From positions 57,629 to 121,628 of the forward strand of contig JAXHLZ010000001.1 of assembly GCA_034521675.1 (NCBI GenBank): 64,000 bases of DNA. The letters are read 5' to 3'. Below the pieces are notes generated by a model. The model saw nothing but the letters and a program-made list of their open reading frames with translations. It had not been told where the DNA came from and did no database searches. Numbering within the stretch: position 1 is the stretch's first letter; each line of letters opens with the position of its first letter. This DNA is from Halobacteriales archaeon (GTDB lineage Archaea > Halobacteriota > Halobacteria > Halobacteriales > Haloarculaceae). This document shows positions 1-9,879 of this stretch, in pieces. The position numbers and the translations under genes were made by a program.

Positions 1-167
1 CCTGCAAACATAAGGTGCGGCAAATCTCGCCGGTTAATATAGCTCTGGAGTCGTTCGGTAATCGACTCGTGGCCCTTGATATCTGCGAGCGTCTGGGGGC
101 GGTACTTCTCGATCCAGACCTCGCGTCCGCGGGCGCTCGCAGGCTCGTCGGCGTCGGCCTCGCTCAT
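1..167 (-). CDS. rfcS: Replication factor C small subunit, N-terminal part (runs off the window start)
   Basis: Manual translation from ATG at 167: [56 protein letters not shown], with RFC box II (WIEKYRP) and the lead-in to Walker A. Not in the ORF track. Confidence 0.93.
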   Translation of the reverse strand, partial: MSEADADEPASARGREVWIEKYRPQTLADIKGHESITERLQSYINRRDLPHLMFA

Positions 168-206
168 ACAAAATCGTCCGCGCCGGGCGGGATAAAGTTC
201 CCGAGA

Positions 207-410
207 CTACGGGCGACGGTCGAGGAAAATGCCGATAATCGTCATCAGGACGATGAAGCCGAACAGCACGGCGAGCATACTTTTTCCGCCGACTGCCGTG
301 AGGTCCACACGGCCGTTCGCCCTCCCGACACCGACGAGCGCGACGACGAACAGCAGCACGGCCACCGCCGAGACGCCCGCCTCGACGACTGTCTCCCGGT
401 CGAGTTCCAT
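207..410 (-). CDS. Small membrane protein (two hydrophobic helices)
   Basis: MELDRETVVEAGVSAVAVLLFVVALVGVG...MLAVLFGFIVLMTIIGIFLDRRP; ATG at 410 within ORF 207..452. Confidence 0.7.
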   Translation of the reverse strand: MELDRETVVEAGVSAVAVLLFVVALVGVGRANGRVDLTAVGGKSMLAVLFGFIVLMTIIGIFLDRRP

Positions 411-457
411 ACACCGAAATCCGGCGGTCGCCGCAAAAGCCCTTCGAACCACCCGTG

Positions 458-479
458 ACCCCTCCGTTTCGGGTGGAAT
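458..479 (-). promoter_or_regulatory. ORB-like (Orc1/Cdc6 recognition box) sequence
   Basis: Minus strand ATTCCACCCGAAACGGAGGGGT fits the archaeal ORB pattern TTCCA-N3-GAAAC-N2-AGGGG with G-string; 18/22 identical to 36881-36902. Confidence 0.65.
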
Positions 480-482
480 TCG

Positions 483-561
483 TACTGCCAGACGTATCTT
501 TGCGAAGATCTGAATCGTCAGTTGGAAGATCTGAATCGTCAGTTCGGCACGTCCGGCAGTA
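483..561. mobile_element. MITE-like element, family A copy 1
   Basis: Imperfect TIRs TACTGCCAGACGT/ACGTCCGGCAGTA; internal GAAGATCTGAATCGTCAGTT twice; flanked by TCG and TCA (the hjc stop). Related to 62203-62309. Confidence 0.75.
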
Positions 562-1077
562 TCACAGCATCTTGGCGGCCTCCTCGGCTGAGAGCGCGCC
601 CGACTCGACCGCCCGGAGTACGTCCAACTGCTCCTCGTCGTCGGCTTCGACGGTCACTTCGTCTAAGGTTACCTTCTCGGAGTCGCCGACCAGCTCGGTG
701 AAGTCCGTCCCGTCGGCGAGGGCTGTCTCCTTTTTGACCCGGTAGTTTCCGCCGTCGGTGACGTGGAGGTCGCCCGGATGGAAGAAGTACCAGTCCTCGC
801 GGTCGAATCGGACGGCGATGCGGGGTTTCGCGCCGAAGTTCCGCGAGAAGTAGACGAGCGCTTCCACCTCCTCGCCGGTGAGATAGATCGGGTCGCCGCC
901 GGAGGACTTCGCCTCGATAGCGTAGAACGACTCGGCGTCGCCGGCCAGCACATCCGGCAGCTCTCGGTCGGTGGCGGAACCGGAGGCGGGCGCACGCATC
1001 ACCGCGAAGCCGTTCTCGTCGAGCAGATTGACGAGTTCGCGCTCCCGGCGGTCGCCCTTCGCGTTCACGTTGACCAT
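562..1077 (-). CDS. hjc: Holliday junction resolvase Hjc
   Basis: [10 protein letters not shown]...RAPASGS...PDVLAG...IEAKS Hjc PD-(D/E)XK motifs. Confidence 0.95.
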   Translation of the reverse strand: MVNVNAKGDRRERELVNLLDENGFAVMRAPASGSATDRELPDVLAGDAESFYAIEAKSSGGDPIYLTGEEVEALVYFSRNFGAKPRIAVRFDREDWYFFHPGDLHVTDGGNYRVKKETALADGTDFTELVGDSEKVTLDEVTVEADDEEQLDVLRAVESGALSAEEAAKML

Positions 1078-1139
1078 ATCAAAATCCGGCGACGGAACGG
1101 CTTAAAATACCTGCCAGCGTCCGCCCGCGCTGTCCCGCG

Positions 1140-2435
1140 TTACGTTCCGTGGTCCCACGAGCCCATATACTCGCGCTGCTCGTCGGAGAGCGTGTCGATG
1201 CTGATCCCTTCTGCTTCGAGTTTCGTCTCCGCGACCTCGCGGTCGAGGTCGTCGGGAACGTCGTAAACACCTGCCTCGTAGCTGTCGGCGTGCTCTACGA
1301 GTTCGCGCACGGCGACGGCCTGGATGCCGAAGCTCTGGTCCATAATCTCGACCGGGTGGCCGAGTGCGACGGGGCTGGCGAGGTTGACGAGTCGGCCCTC
1401 CGCGAGGACGTTGATACGGCGACCGTCTGCGAGTTCGTACGCCTTCACGCCCTCGCGGGCGTCGCGCGTCTCGACCGCCAGGTCGGAAAGCTGGTTGAGG
1501 TTGATCTCTACGTCGAAGTGGCCCGCGTTCGCGAGCACGACGCCGTCTTTCATCTCGGGGAAGTGGTCGTCGGTGATGACGTCGCGGTTACCCGTCGTGG
1601 TGATGAACACGTCGCCCCTGCTGGCGGCATCGGTCATGTTGGTGACTTCGTACCCCTCCATATGGGCTTCGAGCGCGCGCCGTGGGTCGACCTCGGTGAC
1701 GATGACGTGGGCGTTCTGGCCCTTCGCCTTCTTGGCGACGCCGCGGCCGCAGTCGCCGTAGCCGCCGACGACGACCGTCTTGCCCGCGTACGAGAGATTC
1801 GTCGTCATCGCGATGTTCGCCAGCGAGGCCTCGCCCGTTCCGTGGACGTTGTCGAACTGGCGTTTCATCGGCGTGTCGTTGACGGCGAAGACGGGGTAGT
1901 GAAGCTCGCCGTCCTCGTCCATCGCACGCAGCCGGTGGACGCCTGTCGTCGTCTCCTCACAGCCGCCGATGATGGTGTCGATGCGCTCCGGGTAGTCCTG
2001 ATGGATGGCCGCGATCATGTCCATCCCGTCGTCGACGGTGATGGTCGGTCCGTGGCCGATGACGGCCTCGATGGCCTGGTAGTAGCGCTCGTCGTCGACG
2101 CCGCGCTCGGCGTAGGAGGTGATACCCTCCTGCGAGTCGAGGGCGGCGCTCACGTCGTCGTGCGTGGAGAGGGGATTACAGCCCGTAATGGCGACCTCCG
2201 CGCCGCCGGTCGCGAGCAGCTCCGTCAGAACGGCGGTTTTCGCCTCGACGTGCATCGCCATGCCGACCGTCTCGCCGGCCAGCGGCTGGTCGCGCTCGAA
2301 CTCCGCGCGGAGCTCGTGGAGAATTGGCATATGTTCGCGCGCCCACTCGATTTTTCGGTGTCCCTCCTCGATGGCGGTCTCGGGGTCGTCGAGACGCGCC
2401 GTGATGGAGTCGTACTCCGTCGTCGGTGTGCTCAT
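1140..2435 (-). CDS. ahcY: Adenosylhomocysteinase
   Basis: HVEAKTA, CNPLST, EETTTG, FDNVHGTG, GYGDCGRG, EGRLVNL motifs. Confidence 0.97.
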   Translation of the reverse strand: MSTPTTEYDSITARLDDPETAIEEGHRKIEWAREHMPILHELRAEFERDQPLAGETVGMAMHVEAKTAVLTELLATGGAEVAITGCNPLSTHDDVSAALDSQEGITSYAERGVDDERYYQAIEAVIGHGPTITVDDGMDMIAAIHQDYPERIDTIIGGCEETTTGVHRLRAMDEDGELHYPVFAVNDTPMKRQFDNVHGTGEASLANIAMTTNLSYAGKTVVVGGYGDCGRGVAKKAKGQNAHVIVTEVDPRRALEAHMEGYEVTNMTDAASRGDVFITTTGNRDVITDDHFPEMKDGVVLANAGHFDVEINLNQLSDLAVETRDAREGVKAYELADGRRINVLAEGRLVNLASPVALGHPVEIMDQSFGIQAVAVRELVEHADSYEAGVYDVPDDLDREVAETKLEAEGISIDTLSDEQREYMGSWDHGT

Positions 2436-2478
2436 ACGTTGTCTACCGCAGCAGCGTCCTAAACGCTACCGAAGCGGC

Positions 2479-3762
2479 TCACGACGCTCGTTCGATGGCC
2501 TCGAGCGCGCGCTCCTCGGCTTCGCGTTTCACGGCGTCGGCGTCCAGCGTGAGCAGCTCGCCGTCGCGCATCAGCACCTCGCCGTCACAGACGGTGTGGC
2601 GCACGTCGCTGCCCCGTGCGGCGTACGCGAGATGGCTCACGAGATCGTGTTCCGGCGTCAGGTGCGCGCCCGAGAGATCCACGACTGCGAGGTCAGCCGG
2701 CTCGCCCTCGGCGATTCTACCACCCGGAAGCCCGAGCGCCTCGGCTCCTCCCTGCGTCGCCATCTCCACGACCGCGCTCGCGGGGACGGCGCTCGCGTCG
2801 TCAGCAGCGAGCTTGCCGACCATCGCCGCGTCGCGCATCTCGCCGAACATATCGAGGTCGTTGTTGGACGCCGCGCCGTCGGTGCCGAGCGCGACCGTCA
2901 CGCCCGCCTCGCGCAGCTGTTCGACCGGTGCGAGTCCCGACGCGAGCTTCATATTCGAGGCCGGACAGTGGACCACGGCCGTCCCGGTGTCGGCCAGTCG
3001 GTCAATCTCGTCGTCAGAAAGGTGGACGCCGTGGGCGACCCACGACTCCTCGCCGAGCAGGCCGAGCCGGTCGGCGTAGCTCCCAGGCCGTTCGCCCGTC
3101 CCGTCGGGGTCGAGATACGACTCGGTCTCGTTGAAGTGGAAGTGGAGGGGGACGCCGCGCTCGTTCGCGCCCGCCACGAGCGTCTCGATGGCGTCGGTCC
3201 CGACAGTGTGCGGGGCGTGGGGCATCACGGCGGTGTGAACGCGCCCGTCCGCGGCCCCATCGTACTCCGCGGCGATGTCGAGTGCTTCCTGCACGTCCGC
3301 ATCGGCGGCCTCGTCGTCTTTCCCGACGGTGACGACGCCGTGGCCGACCCGCGCCCGCAGTCCCGACTCGGCAATCACGTCGACCAGCTCGGGGATGTGG
3401 AAGTACATGTCCGCGAACGCGGTCGTCCCCGACCGAATCATCTCGACGGCGGCGAGTCGCGCACCGGCGGCGATATCGTCGGCGGTGAGCTCGGCTTCGG
3501 TCGGCCAGATGTCCTCCTGGAGCCACGCGTCGAGCGGCTTGTCGTCGGCGTAGCCCCGAAGGAGAGTCATCGCGGCGTGGCCGTGGGCGTTGACGAGCCC
3601 CGGCGTGACGAGCGCTCCTTCGGCGTCGAGTGGCTGGTCGCGGTCGGTCGGGTCGAGGTCACCGACCGCGTCGATACGGCCGTCGGTGTCGATGCGGATA
3701 TCGGCGCGCTCGACGGTGTGGTCGGGGCGGAGAACTCGTCCACCGGTCACGAGCAGTGTCAT
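2479..3762 (-). CDS. mtaD: Amidohydrolase, MTA/SAH deaminase family
   Basis: PGLVNAHGH, SGTTAFADMY, HCPASNMKL, GTDGAASNN; adjacent to ahcY. Confidence 0.85.
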   Translation of the reverse strand: MTLLVTGGRVLRPDHTVERADIRIDTDGRIDAVGDLDPTDRDQPLDAEGALVTPGLVNAHGHAAMTLLRGYADDKPLDAWLQEDIWPTEAELTADDIAAGARLAAVEMIRSGTTAFADMYFHIPELVDVIAESGLRARVGHGVVTVGKDDEAADADVQEALDIAAEYDGAADGRVHTAVMPHAPHTVGTDAIETLVAGANERGVPLHFHFNETESYLDPDGTGERPGSYADRLGLLGEESWVAHGVHLSDDEIDRLADTGTAVVHCPASNMKLASGLAPVEQLREAGVTVALGTDGAASNNDLDMFGEMRDAAMVGKLAADDASAVPASAVVEMATQGGAEALGLPGGRIAEGEPADLAVVDLSGAHLTPEHDLVSHLAYAARGSDVRHTVCDGEVLMRDGELLTLDADAVKREAEERALEAIERAS

Positions 3763-3852
3763 ACTCGACCTAGTCGGGGCGGTGGCTCAAATCTCACGGT
3801 TCCGGTCGTCGTATGGCGACAAGCGGAAGAGGGAGGGGCCTGAACGAAGCGT

Positions 3853-4713
3853 ATGCGAATTGCCGTGCCCAACAAGGGCCGTCTCCACGACCCAGCCGTC
3901 GAACTGCTGGAACGCGCCGGACTCCACATTGAGGGCGGTGCGGACCGCAAGCTCTACGCAGATACCGTCGATCCCGACGTGTCCGTGCTGTTCGCCCGCG
4001 CCGCCGATATCCCCGAGTACGTCGATGACGAAGCCGCTGCGCTTGGTATCACCGGACTCGACCAGGTGAAGGAGTCCGATGTCGACCTCATCGATCTGCT
4101 CGATCTCGACTTCGGCCGCTGCCGACTCGTCCTCGCAGCTCCCGAGGACGGCGATATCAAGAGCGTCGACGCGCTCGCCAACGGCACCGTCGCCACCGAG
4201 TTCCCCAATATCGCCCGCGACTACTTCGCCGATAAGGCCGTCTCTCCCGAAATCGTCCAGGTGTCGGGCGCGACCGAACTCACTCCGCACGTCGAGATCG
4301 CCGACGCTATCATCGACATCACCTCCACCGGCACGACGCTCCGGATGAATCGACTCGCGATTGTCGACGAGGTGCTCCAGTCGTCGGTCCACCTGTTCGC
4401 CGCCGAGACCGTCGCTGACGACCCGAAGGTCAAGCAGATCGCGACCGCGCTCGAATCTGTCCTCACGGCCGAGGGAAAGCGCTACCTCATGATGAACGTC
4501 CCGCGAGCGAATCTCTCAGACGTGGAAGACGTGATTCCGGGGATGGGCGGCCCGACCATCATGGATATTCAGGACGACCGCGAAAACGGCGACAAGATGG
4601 TTGCCGTCCACGTCGTGGTCAACGAGCGCGAGGTGTTCGAGACGATCACGCGACTGAAGCAAGCCGGTGCGAGCGACATTCTCGTCACCGAAATCGAGCG
4701 GCTCGTCGAGTAA
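3853..4713 (+). CDS. hisG: ATP phosphoribosyltransferase (long form)
   Basis: [29 protein letters not shown] and a C-terminal regulatory domain. Confidence 0.96.
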   Translation: MRIAVPNKGRLHDPAVELLERAGLHIEGGADRKLYADTVDPDVSVLFARAADIPEYVDDEAAALGITGLDQVKESDVDLIDLLDLDFGRCRLVLAAPEDGDIKSVDALANGTVATEFPNIARDYFADKAVSPEIVQVSGATELTPHVEIADAIIDITSTGTTLRMNRLAIVDEVLQSSVHLFAAETVADDPKVKQIATALESVLTAEGKRYLMMNVPRANLSDVEDVIPGMGGPTIMDIQDDRENGDKMVAVHVVVNEREVFETITRLKQAGASDILVTEIERLVE

Positions 4714-4731
4714 GCGCTCTCTCTCCTTCTC

Positions 4732-5748
4732 TCACCCAACGACGACGATATCATCGCGGTCGAACGCGACCGTCAGCCGGTCGCCGACTTCGGGCACGGA
4801 ATCAGTCTGCACCGTCAGCTCCCTGTCCTGCCACGATAGCGCGACTCGTACCGACGAACCGAGGAACTCGGCGTTTGCTACCGTTCCGGTGAGCGAGTAG
4901 TCGCCGTCACCGACCGTGAGGGCGTCCGGCCGCACGCAAACCGTCGTGGGGCCGTTGGGCGCGTCGACAGAAACCGTCTCGTCACCAACCTGGAAGCGCC
5001 CGTCGCGGACCTCGCCGTGGAAGACGTTGTTCTCGCCGACGAACTCCGCGACGAACCGTGTCTCCGGCTGCCGGTACACCGCCTGTGGCGTCCCGACCTG
5101 CTCAACTTCGCCGTCGGAGAAGACGGCCACGCGGTCGGAGACGGCCAGCGCCTCGGCTTGGTCGTGGGTGACGTACACCGTTGTCACGCCGAGATCGCGC
5201 TGGATGGCCCGCACCTCACGGCGGAGCCGTTGTCGGAGCCGTGCGTCGAGCGCGCTCATCGGCTCGTCGAGTAAGAGAACATCGGGCTCAGGTGCGAGCG
5301 CACGGGCGAGCGCGACACGCTGCTGCTGGCCACCCGACAGCTCACCGGGCTCGCGGTCGCGGAAGCCATCGAGTCCCACGAGGTCGAGTAGCTCGGTGAC
5401 CCGCTTCTCGGGGTCGGAGTGGTCGATAAAGCGCAGTCCGTAGGCGACGTTCTCGCCGACGCTCAGATGGGGGAAGAGGGCGTACTGCTGGAAGACGACG
5501 CCGACGCTCCGTTCTTCCGGCGGGGTCGTTCCCATCGGCTCGCCGCCGAAGGCGACGGTTCCCTCGGTCGGCGTTTCGAAGCCAGCGATGGTGCGGAGGG
5601 TCGTGGTCTTGCCACAGCCGGAGGGGCCGACGAGGGTGAAGAACTCGCCGTCGCGCACGTCGAAACTCACGTCCGAGAGCGCGACCGCGTCGCCGTAGCG
5701 CTTCGAGACGCCGGATAGAGAGAGATTACCCACGGTATCGACCTCCAA
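4732..5748 (-). CDS. thiQ: ABC transporter ATP-binding subunit (thiamine-type)
   Basis: GPSGCGKT, LSGGQQQR, LLLDEP; in an operon with the permease and binding protein. Confidence 0.85.
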   Translation of the reverse strand: MEVDTVGNLSLSGVSKRYGDAVALSDVSFDVRDGEFFTLVGPSGCGKTTTLRTIAGFETPTEGTVAFGGEPMGTTPPEERSVGVVFQQYALFPHLSVGENVAYGLRFIDHSDPEKRVTELLDLVGLDGFRDREPGELSGGQQQRVALARALAPEPDVLLLDEPMSALDARLRQRLRREVRAIQRDLGVTTVYVTHDQAEALAVSDRVAVFSDGEVEQVGTPQAVYRQPETRFVAEFVGENNVFHGEVRDGRFQVGDETVSVDAPNGPTTVCVRPDALTVGDGDYSLTGTVANAEFLGSSVRVALSWQDRELTVQTDSVPEVGDRLTVAFDRDDIVVVG

Positions 5749-7660
5749 CGCGGTCGATGATGATGAAGGATCCGGCCGTCACTGCGAGTAGTACCGACCC
5801 CATCGCGGTCGGTCGTCCGAGCGTCTGTTTTCCGAGAAACCGCTCGACTGCGACGGGCATCGTGTAGAGATCCGTTCCCGAACTTCCCGACGCCAGCAGT
5901 ACCGTCGAGTCGAATTCGCCGATGGAGATGGCGAACGCGAATGCGGCTCCGGCGGCGATCCCCGGTGCGACCAGCGGGAGCTCGATGTCGATGAGCGCGC
6001 GATTTCGCGTCGCGCCGAGCGCGCGGGCCGATTCCACAAGCCGGCGGTCTAGCGTGGCAAGTAGGGGAGCGACGTTCCTGACGACGAACGGATACGCGCC
6101 GACGGCGTGGGCGGCGACGATGGCGAGTGGCCCGCCGACGACGATGCGGTGACCGAGTACCGTCGTTCCGAAGACGAGCGTCTGGAGCAGGCCGAGCCCG
6201 ACGACGACCCCGGAGACGGCGAAGGGAGCCATCGAAAGCACGCCAACTGCGCGGGCGATTCGCCCCTTACGCGTCGACGCCAGCGCCAACAGCACGCCCA
6301 TCGGCACGGCGACGAGCAGGGTGCCGACGCCGAACAGCAGGCTGTTGCGAACCGCGAGCGTCGGACTCACCTGCGCGCTCGTCGCCTCGGCTCCCCGTTC
6401 GAGCAGGAACCGGTAGTAGCGCAGAGTCAGTCCGTCGGGACTGGTGACACTCGCGGCGAGCATACTCACGATGGGGAGTAGAAAGATGACCCCAACGACG
6501 ACGCCGTAGCCGGCGAGCACCAGCCGTTTCGCGTCGAATCCGAATAACGGGTCGCGGTCGAGCGGAGAGCTGACGCGGTCTCCCCGGCTCGTCGCCGCCT
6601 CGTAGCGGAGATACGCGTAGGTGAGTGCCAGCGAGATGATGGTCTCGAGCACGGCGAGCACGGCCGCCTCCTGTATCTCGAGCTGGCCGACGCGGCTGTA
6701 AAGCCACACCTCGACGGTGGCGTACTCCAGCCCGCCCAGCGCGAGCACGATGGGAAACGACATGAACGTGAATATGAACGTGAGCAGCGCGCCCGTCGCG
6801 ACCGCCGGCAGCAGCTGAGGAACGACCACGTCCCGGAACGCACGCGTCGGTGACGCGCCCAGCGAGCGTGCCGTCTCGACGGCCCGCGCGTCGACGTTCT
6901 CCCACGCCGCCGCGACGATACGCGTCACCAGCGGCGCATTGTAGAATGCGTGTGCGATGATGATGATTTTCAGCGAGAACAGCAGCTCGACGGTCGGCAG
7001 CCCGAGCGCAGCGAGTGTGCGGTTCAGCGGTCCATTGACGCCGAACGCGGCGACGAAGCCGACCGCGACCATAATCGATGGAAGAACGAATGGGACGGCT
7101 GTCAGCGACTCAACCGTCCGGCGACCGGGAAACTCGAATCGTGCGAGCACGTACGCGCCCGGAAGTCCGAGTGCAAGACTCGCGACTGTCGAGAGCAGGG
7201 CCTGCCACGTTGTGAAGCCGAACAGCCCGAAACCAGGGACGATACCGGTAACTGCCCCGAGAATACCCCCGACCGCGCCGAGCACGGCTCCAAGCCAGCC
7301 CCGGAGTCCGGTGTCGAACGGTGAGGCCAGCACGTCGCCGAGCCAGTTCCGGAGTCCAGTGTCGAACGGTGAGACGAGTACGTCGCCGAGCGTCGCGAGC
7401 GCGCCCGCAACCTCGGTCGCACTCGTGACGGCCCAGCCGGCGAGTCCCGCGGGTATGGACGCCGGCGACCGTATCGCGTCGGCGAGCGCGCCGGTGTAGA
7501 ACTCGTCGGTCAGCACGTCCCGAATCGGCGCGAGCGTGAGTCCGCCGTCGGTGACGGCCTCGGCGAGCACCGTCCCCACGGGGTAGTAGAACATCACGAC
7601 GAGCAGTGCGGCCGTCGCGATGCCGGCGAGCGGGGCGGCGACCCGGTCAGCCTTGGGCAA
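5726..7660 (-). CDS. thiP: ABC transporter permease, two modules (ThiP-like); start uncertain (TTG 7660 or upstream)
   Basis: Two EAA-like motifs (ETARSLGAS, ESARALGAT) and many TM helices. Confidence 0.85.
   Translation of the reverse strand: MPKADRVAAPLAGIATAALLVVMFYYPVGTVLAEAVTDGGLTLAPIRDVLTDEFYTGALADAIRSPASIPAGLAGWAVTSATEVAGALATLGDVLVSPFDTGLRNWLGDVLASPFDTGLRGWLGAVLGAVGGILGAVTGIVPGFGLFGFTTWQALLSTVASLALGLPGAYVLARFEFPGRRTVESLTAVPFVLPSIMVAVGFVAAFGVNGPLNRTLAALGLPTVELLFSLKIIIIAHAFYNAPLVTRIVAAAWENVDARAVETARSLGASPTRAFRDVVVPQLLPAVATGALLTFIFTFMSFPIVLALGGLEYATVEVWLYSRVGQLEIQEAAVLAVLETIISLALTYAYLRYEAATSRGDRVSSPLDRDPLFGFDAKRLVLAGYGVVVGVIFLLPIVSMLAASVTSPDGLTLRYYRFLLERGAEATSAQVSPTLAVRNSLLFGVGTLLVAVPMGVLLALASTRKGRIARAVGVLSMAPFAVSGVVVGLGLLQTLVFGTTVLGHRIVVGGPLAIVAAHAVGAYPFVVRNVAPLLATLDRRLVESARALGATRNRALIDIELPLVAPGIAAGAAFAFAISIGEFDSTVLLASGSSGTDLYTMPVAVERFLGKQTLGRPTAMGSVLLAVTAGSFIIIDRVGGRYRG
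7293..7391. repeat. 48-bp in-frame tandem duplication inside the permease
   Basis: Units start at 7293 and 7341; the protein reads LGDVLVSPFDTGLRNW-LGDVLASPFDTGLRGW. Confidence 0.9.
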
Positions 7661-8792
7661 TCTCTCTCGCCCACTCCTCGACCCAGCCATCTACGTTCCC
7701 CTGTAGCTCGTCGTAGGTAAACGTCACCGGCTCGTCGGGCACCTTCGCGTACGTCTGGAACTCATCGCTGAGTGCGGCCTCTGACTCCGGAATCGCCGGG
7801 AACTGGACGTTCCGGACGGCGATTTCTCCCTGCGCTTCGGCCGTCAGCATAAAGTCCATAAACACGGCCGCGAGGTCGGCGTTGTCGCTGCTGGCAAAGC
7901 GTGCCATCCCCTCGGGATTGGCGTACCCCTGGCCGTTGAGCGCGGCCACCTGATGGCGCGTCATATCGTAGTTGTAGCGGTTGGCGAACACCTGGTCGGT
8001 CGAGTAGGAGACGACCATCGGTCGCTCGCCGTTCATGTAGGCGTTACTGTACGACTCGGTCCAACTGTCGAGAATCGTGACACCGTTCGCTTGCAGGTCG
8101 CGCCAGTAGTCCAGATACCCGTCGGTACCGAACTGCTTGATGGTCCACAGCAGGAACGCACGACCTGTCGCGGCCGTCTGTGCGTTCTGTGCGAGCAGCC
8201 CGTTCTCCCACGCTGGCTCTGTCAGGTCCGTGAACGTCTCCGGACGCGGCACCGCTGACTCGTCGAAGACGATGGAAATGTAACCCGTGTCGTACGGGAC
8301 CGCTCGGTTCTGCGGATCGAAGCGGAGACCGTCCTTGATGCGATCGCCGTTCGACAGCTGTGGCGTGTCGAACAGCTGCTCGTCCAGATTGCTGTCGGCC
8401 GTAATCAGCTGATCGACGTTCAGCCCGACGTACATATCAGCGTCAATAGGTGCGCCCTGTTGTTTCCGCTGGATGTAGTGGCTCACTTCTCCGTCCGGCG
8501 TGACGTACTCGACGGTCACGTCGGGGTACTGGCCCTCGAACGTCTGTTTCAGCCACGGGCCGGCTGCGCCGTCGTCCTCGACCCACGAGGAGTAGGTCGC
8601 GACCGTCAGCGTGCCCGACAGCGACCCCGAGGCCGGGGTCGCGGTCGCAGTTCCGGTCACGGTCGGCGTGCCAGTCGCGGTGTCCCTCTCGGTCGCCGTC
8701 CCATCATCACCGCTCGAACAGCCGGCGAGCATCGCGATTCCAGCACCGGCGCTCGCCAGATACGCCCGCCTGCTTACGCGTTCGTCTGTCAT
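7647..8792 (-). CDS. thiB: Thiamine ABC transporter substrate-binding lipoprotein (Tat signal)
   Basis: SRRAYL plus LAGC lipobox; LTVATYSS, PYDTGY, VVSYSTD ThiB-like motifs. Confidence 0.85.
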   Translation of the reverse strand: MTDERVSRRAYLASAGAGIAMLAGCSSGDDGTATERDTATGTPTVTGTATATPASGSLSGTLTVATYSSWVEDDGAAGPWLKQTFEGQYPDVTVEYVTPDGEVSHYIQRKQQGAPIDADMYVGLNVDQLITADSNLDEQLFDTPQLSNGDRIKDGLRFDPQNRAVPYDTGYISIVFDESAVPRPETFTDLTEPAWENGLLAQNAQTAATGRAFLLWTIKQFGTDGYLDYWRDLQANGVTILDSWTESYSNAYMNGERPMVVSYSTDQVFANRYNYDMTRHQVAALNGQGYANPEGMARFASSDNADLAAVFMDFMLTAEAQGEIAVRNVQFPAIPESEAALSDEFQTYAKVPDEPVTFTYDELQGNVDGWVEEWAREIAQG

Positions 8793-8877
8793 TACTCGGT
8801 TGTTTTACTCCGTGGTATTAAGATACTCGGCTCGCTGTTGGGGAAAAGGTTACCTCACGCGCCGGAGAGTCACAGCC

Positions 8878-9879
8878 GTGGCCCGCCGGAACAATCGCTA
8901 CGTGCTCGCTGGCATCCTCCTCGGACTGTTGTTACTCGCCGGCGTTCTCCTGCGGGCCGTCATCACGATAGCATTCTTCGCGATTACGGTCGCATACGTG
9001 CTCTACCCGATGCGAGAGTATCTTCGCGACGCCGGCCTCTCGCGGCGGTGGGCGGCGGCGACACTCGCGGTCGGGGCGTTCAGTATCGTGCTCACTGTGC
9101 TCGGGCTGGCGGGCTTTTCGCTGTATCGTCGGCGCGAGGCCGTCATCGCACTTATCACCGAGTTTCCCGTCGAGTTCACCCTCCAGTTCGGCGGCTTCAG
9201 CTACACGCTGGAGCGTGCGACCCTCGTCGAGCCGCTGGCCGGTCTCGTTCGCGATATCGCCGTCAACGCCGCAAGCGCTGCCCCCGTCCTCGGCTTGAAG
9301 CTCCTGCTGTTCAGTCTCATCGTCTACGGGCTGCTCCTCCGATCGGCTGCGGTTTCACAGGCCGTCTTCGCCGTCGTGCCGCACCAGTATCACGGTATCG
9401 TCCAGCGGTTTCACCTCCGGACGCGCGACACGCTCTACGGCATCTATATCCTGCAGGCGGCCACTGCCACGGGCACGTTCCTCGTCGCGCTCATCACGTT
9501 TATTCCGCTGGGCTATCCCGCGCCGTTCACCCTCGCGCTCATCGCTGGCGGACTCCAGTTCATCCCGATCCTCGGGCCGGGCGTCCTGCTCGGCGTGCTC
9601 GCGGTCGCTGACATCCTCGCGGGTAACATCGAACGCGCTGTCCTCGTCGCGGTTATCGGTGGCGTCGTTATCGGACTCGTCCCCGATATGATTATTCGTC
9701 CGCGCCTCGCACGCTACGCCGCTGACCTCTCCGTCACGCTCTATTTCGTCGGCTTTGTCGGCGGAATTCTCTCTCTGGGCGTCATCGGCTTCATCGCCGG
9801 CCCGCTCATCGTCGCGCTCGTGGCTGAGGCGGTCGAACTCGTCTCCGTCCGCGAAGATAGCTCTCAGTCTACGTTGTGA
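8878..9879 (+). CDS. AI-2E family transporter
   Basis: Polytopic membrane protein with AYVLYP, QFIPILGP, IRPRL and GFIAGPLI motifs; GTG start at 8878. Confidence 0.85.
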   Translation: MARRNNRYVLAGILLGLLLLAGVLLRAVITIAFFAITVAYVLYPMREYLRDAGLSRRWAAATLAVGAFSIVLTVLGLAGFSLYRRREAVIALITEFPVEFTLQFGGFSYTLERATLVEPLAGLVRDIAVNAASAAPVLGLKLLLFSLIVYGLLLRSAAVSQAVFAVVPHQYHGIVQRFHLRTRDTLYGIYILQAATATGTFLVALITFIPLGYPAPFTLALIAGGLQFIPILGPGVLLGVLAVADILAGNIERAVLVAVIGGVVIGLVPDMIIRPRLARYAADLSVTLYFVGFVGGILSLGVIGFIAGPLIVALVAEAVELVSVREDSSQSTL

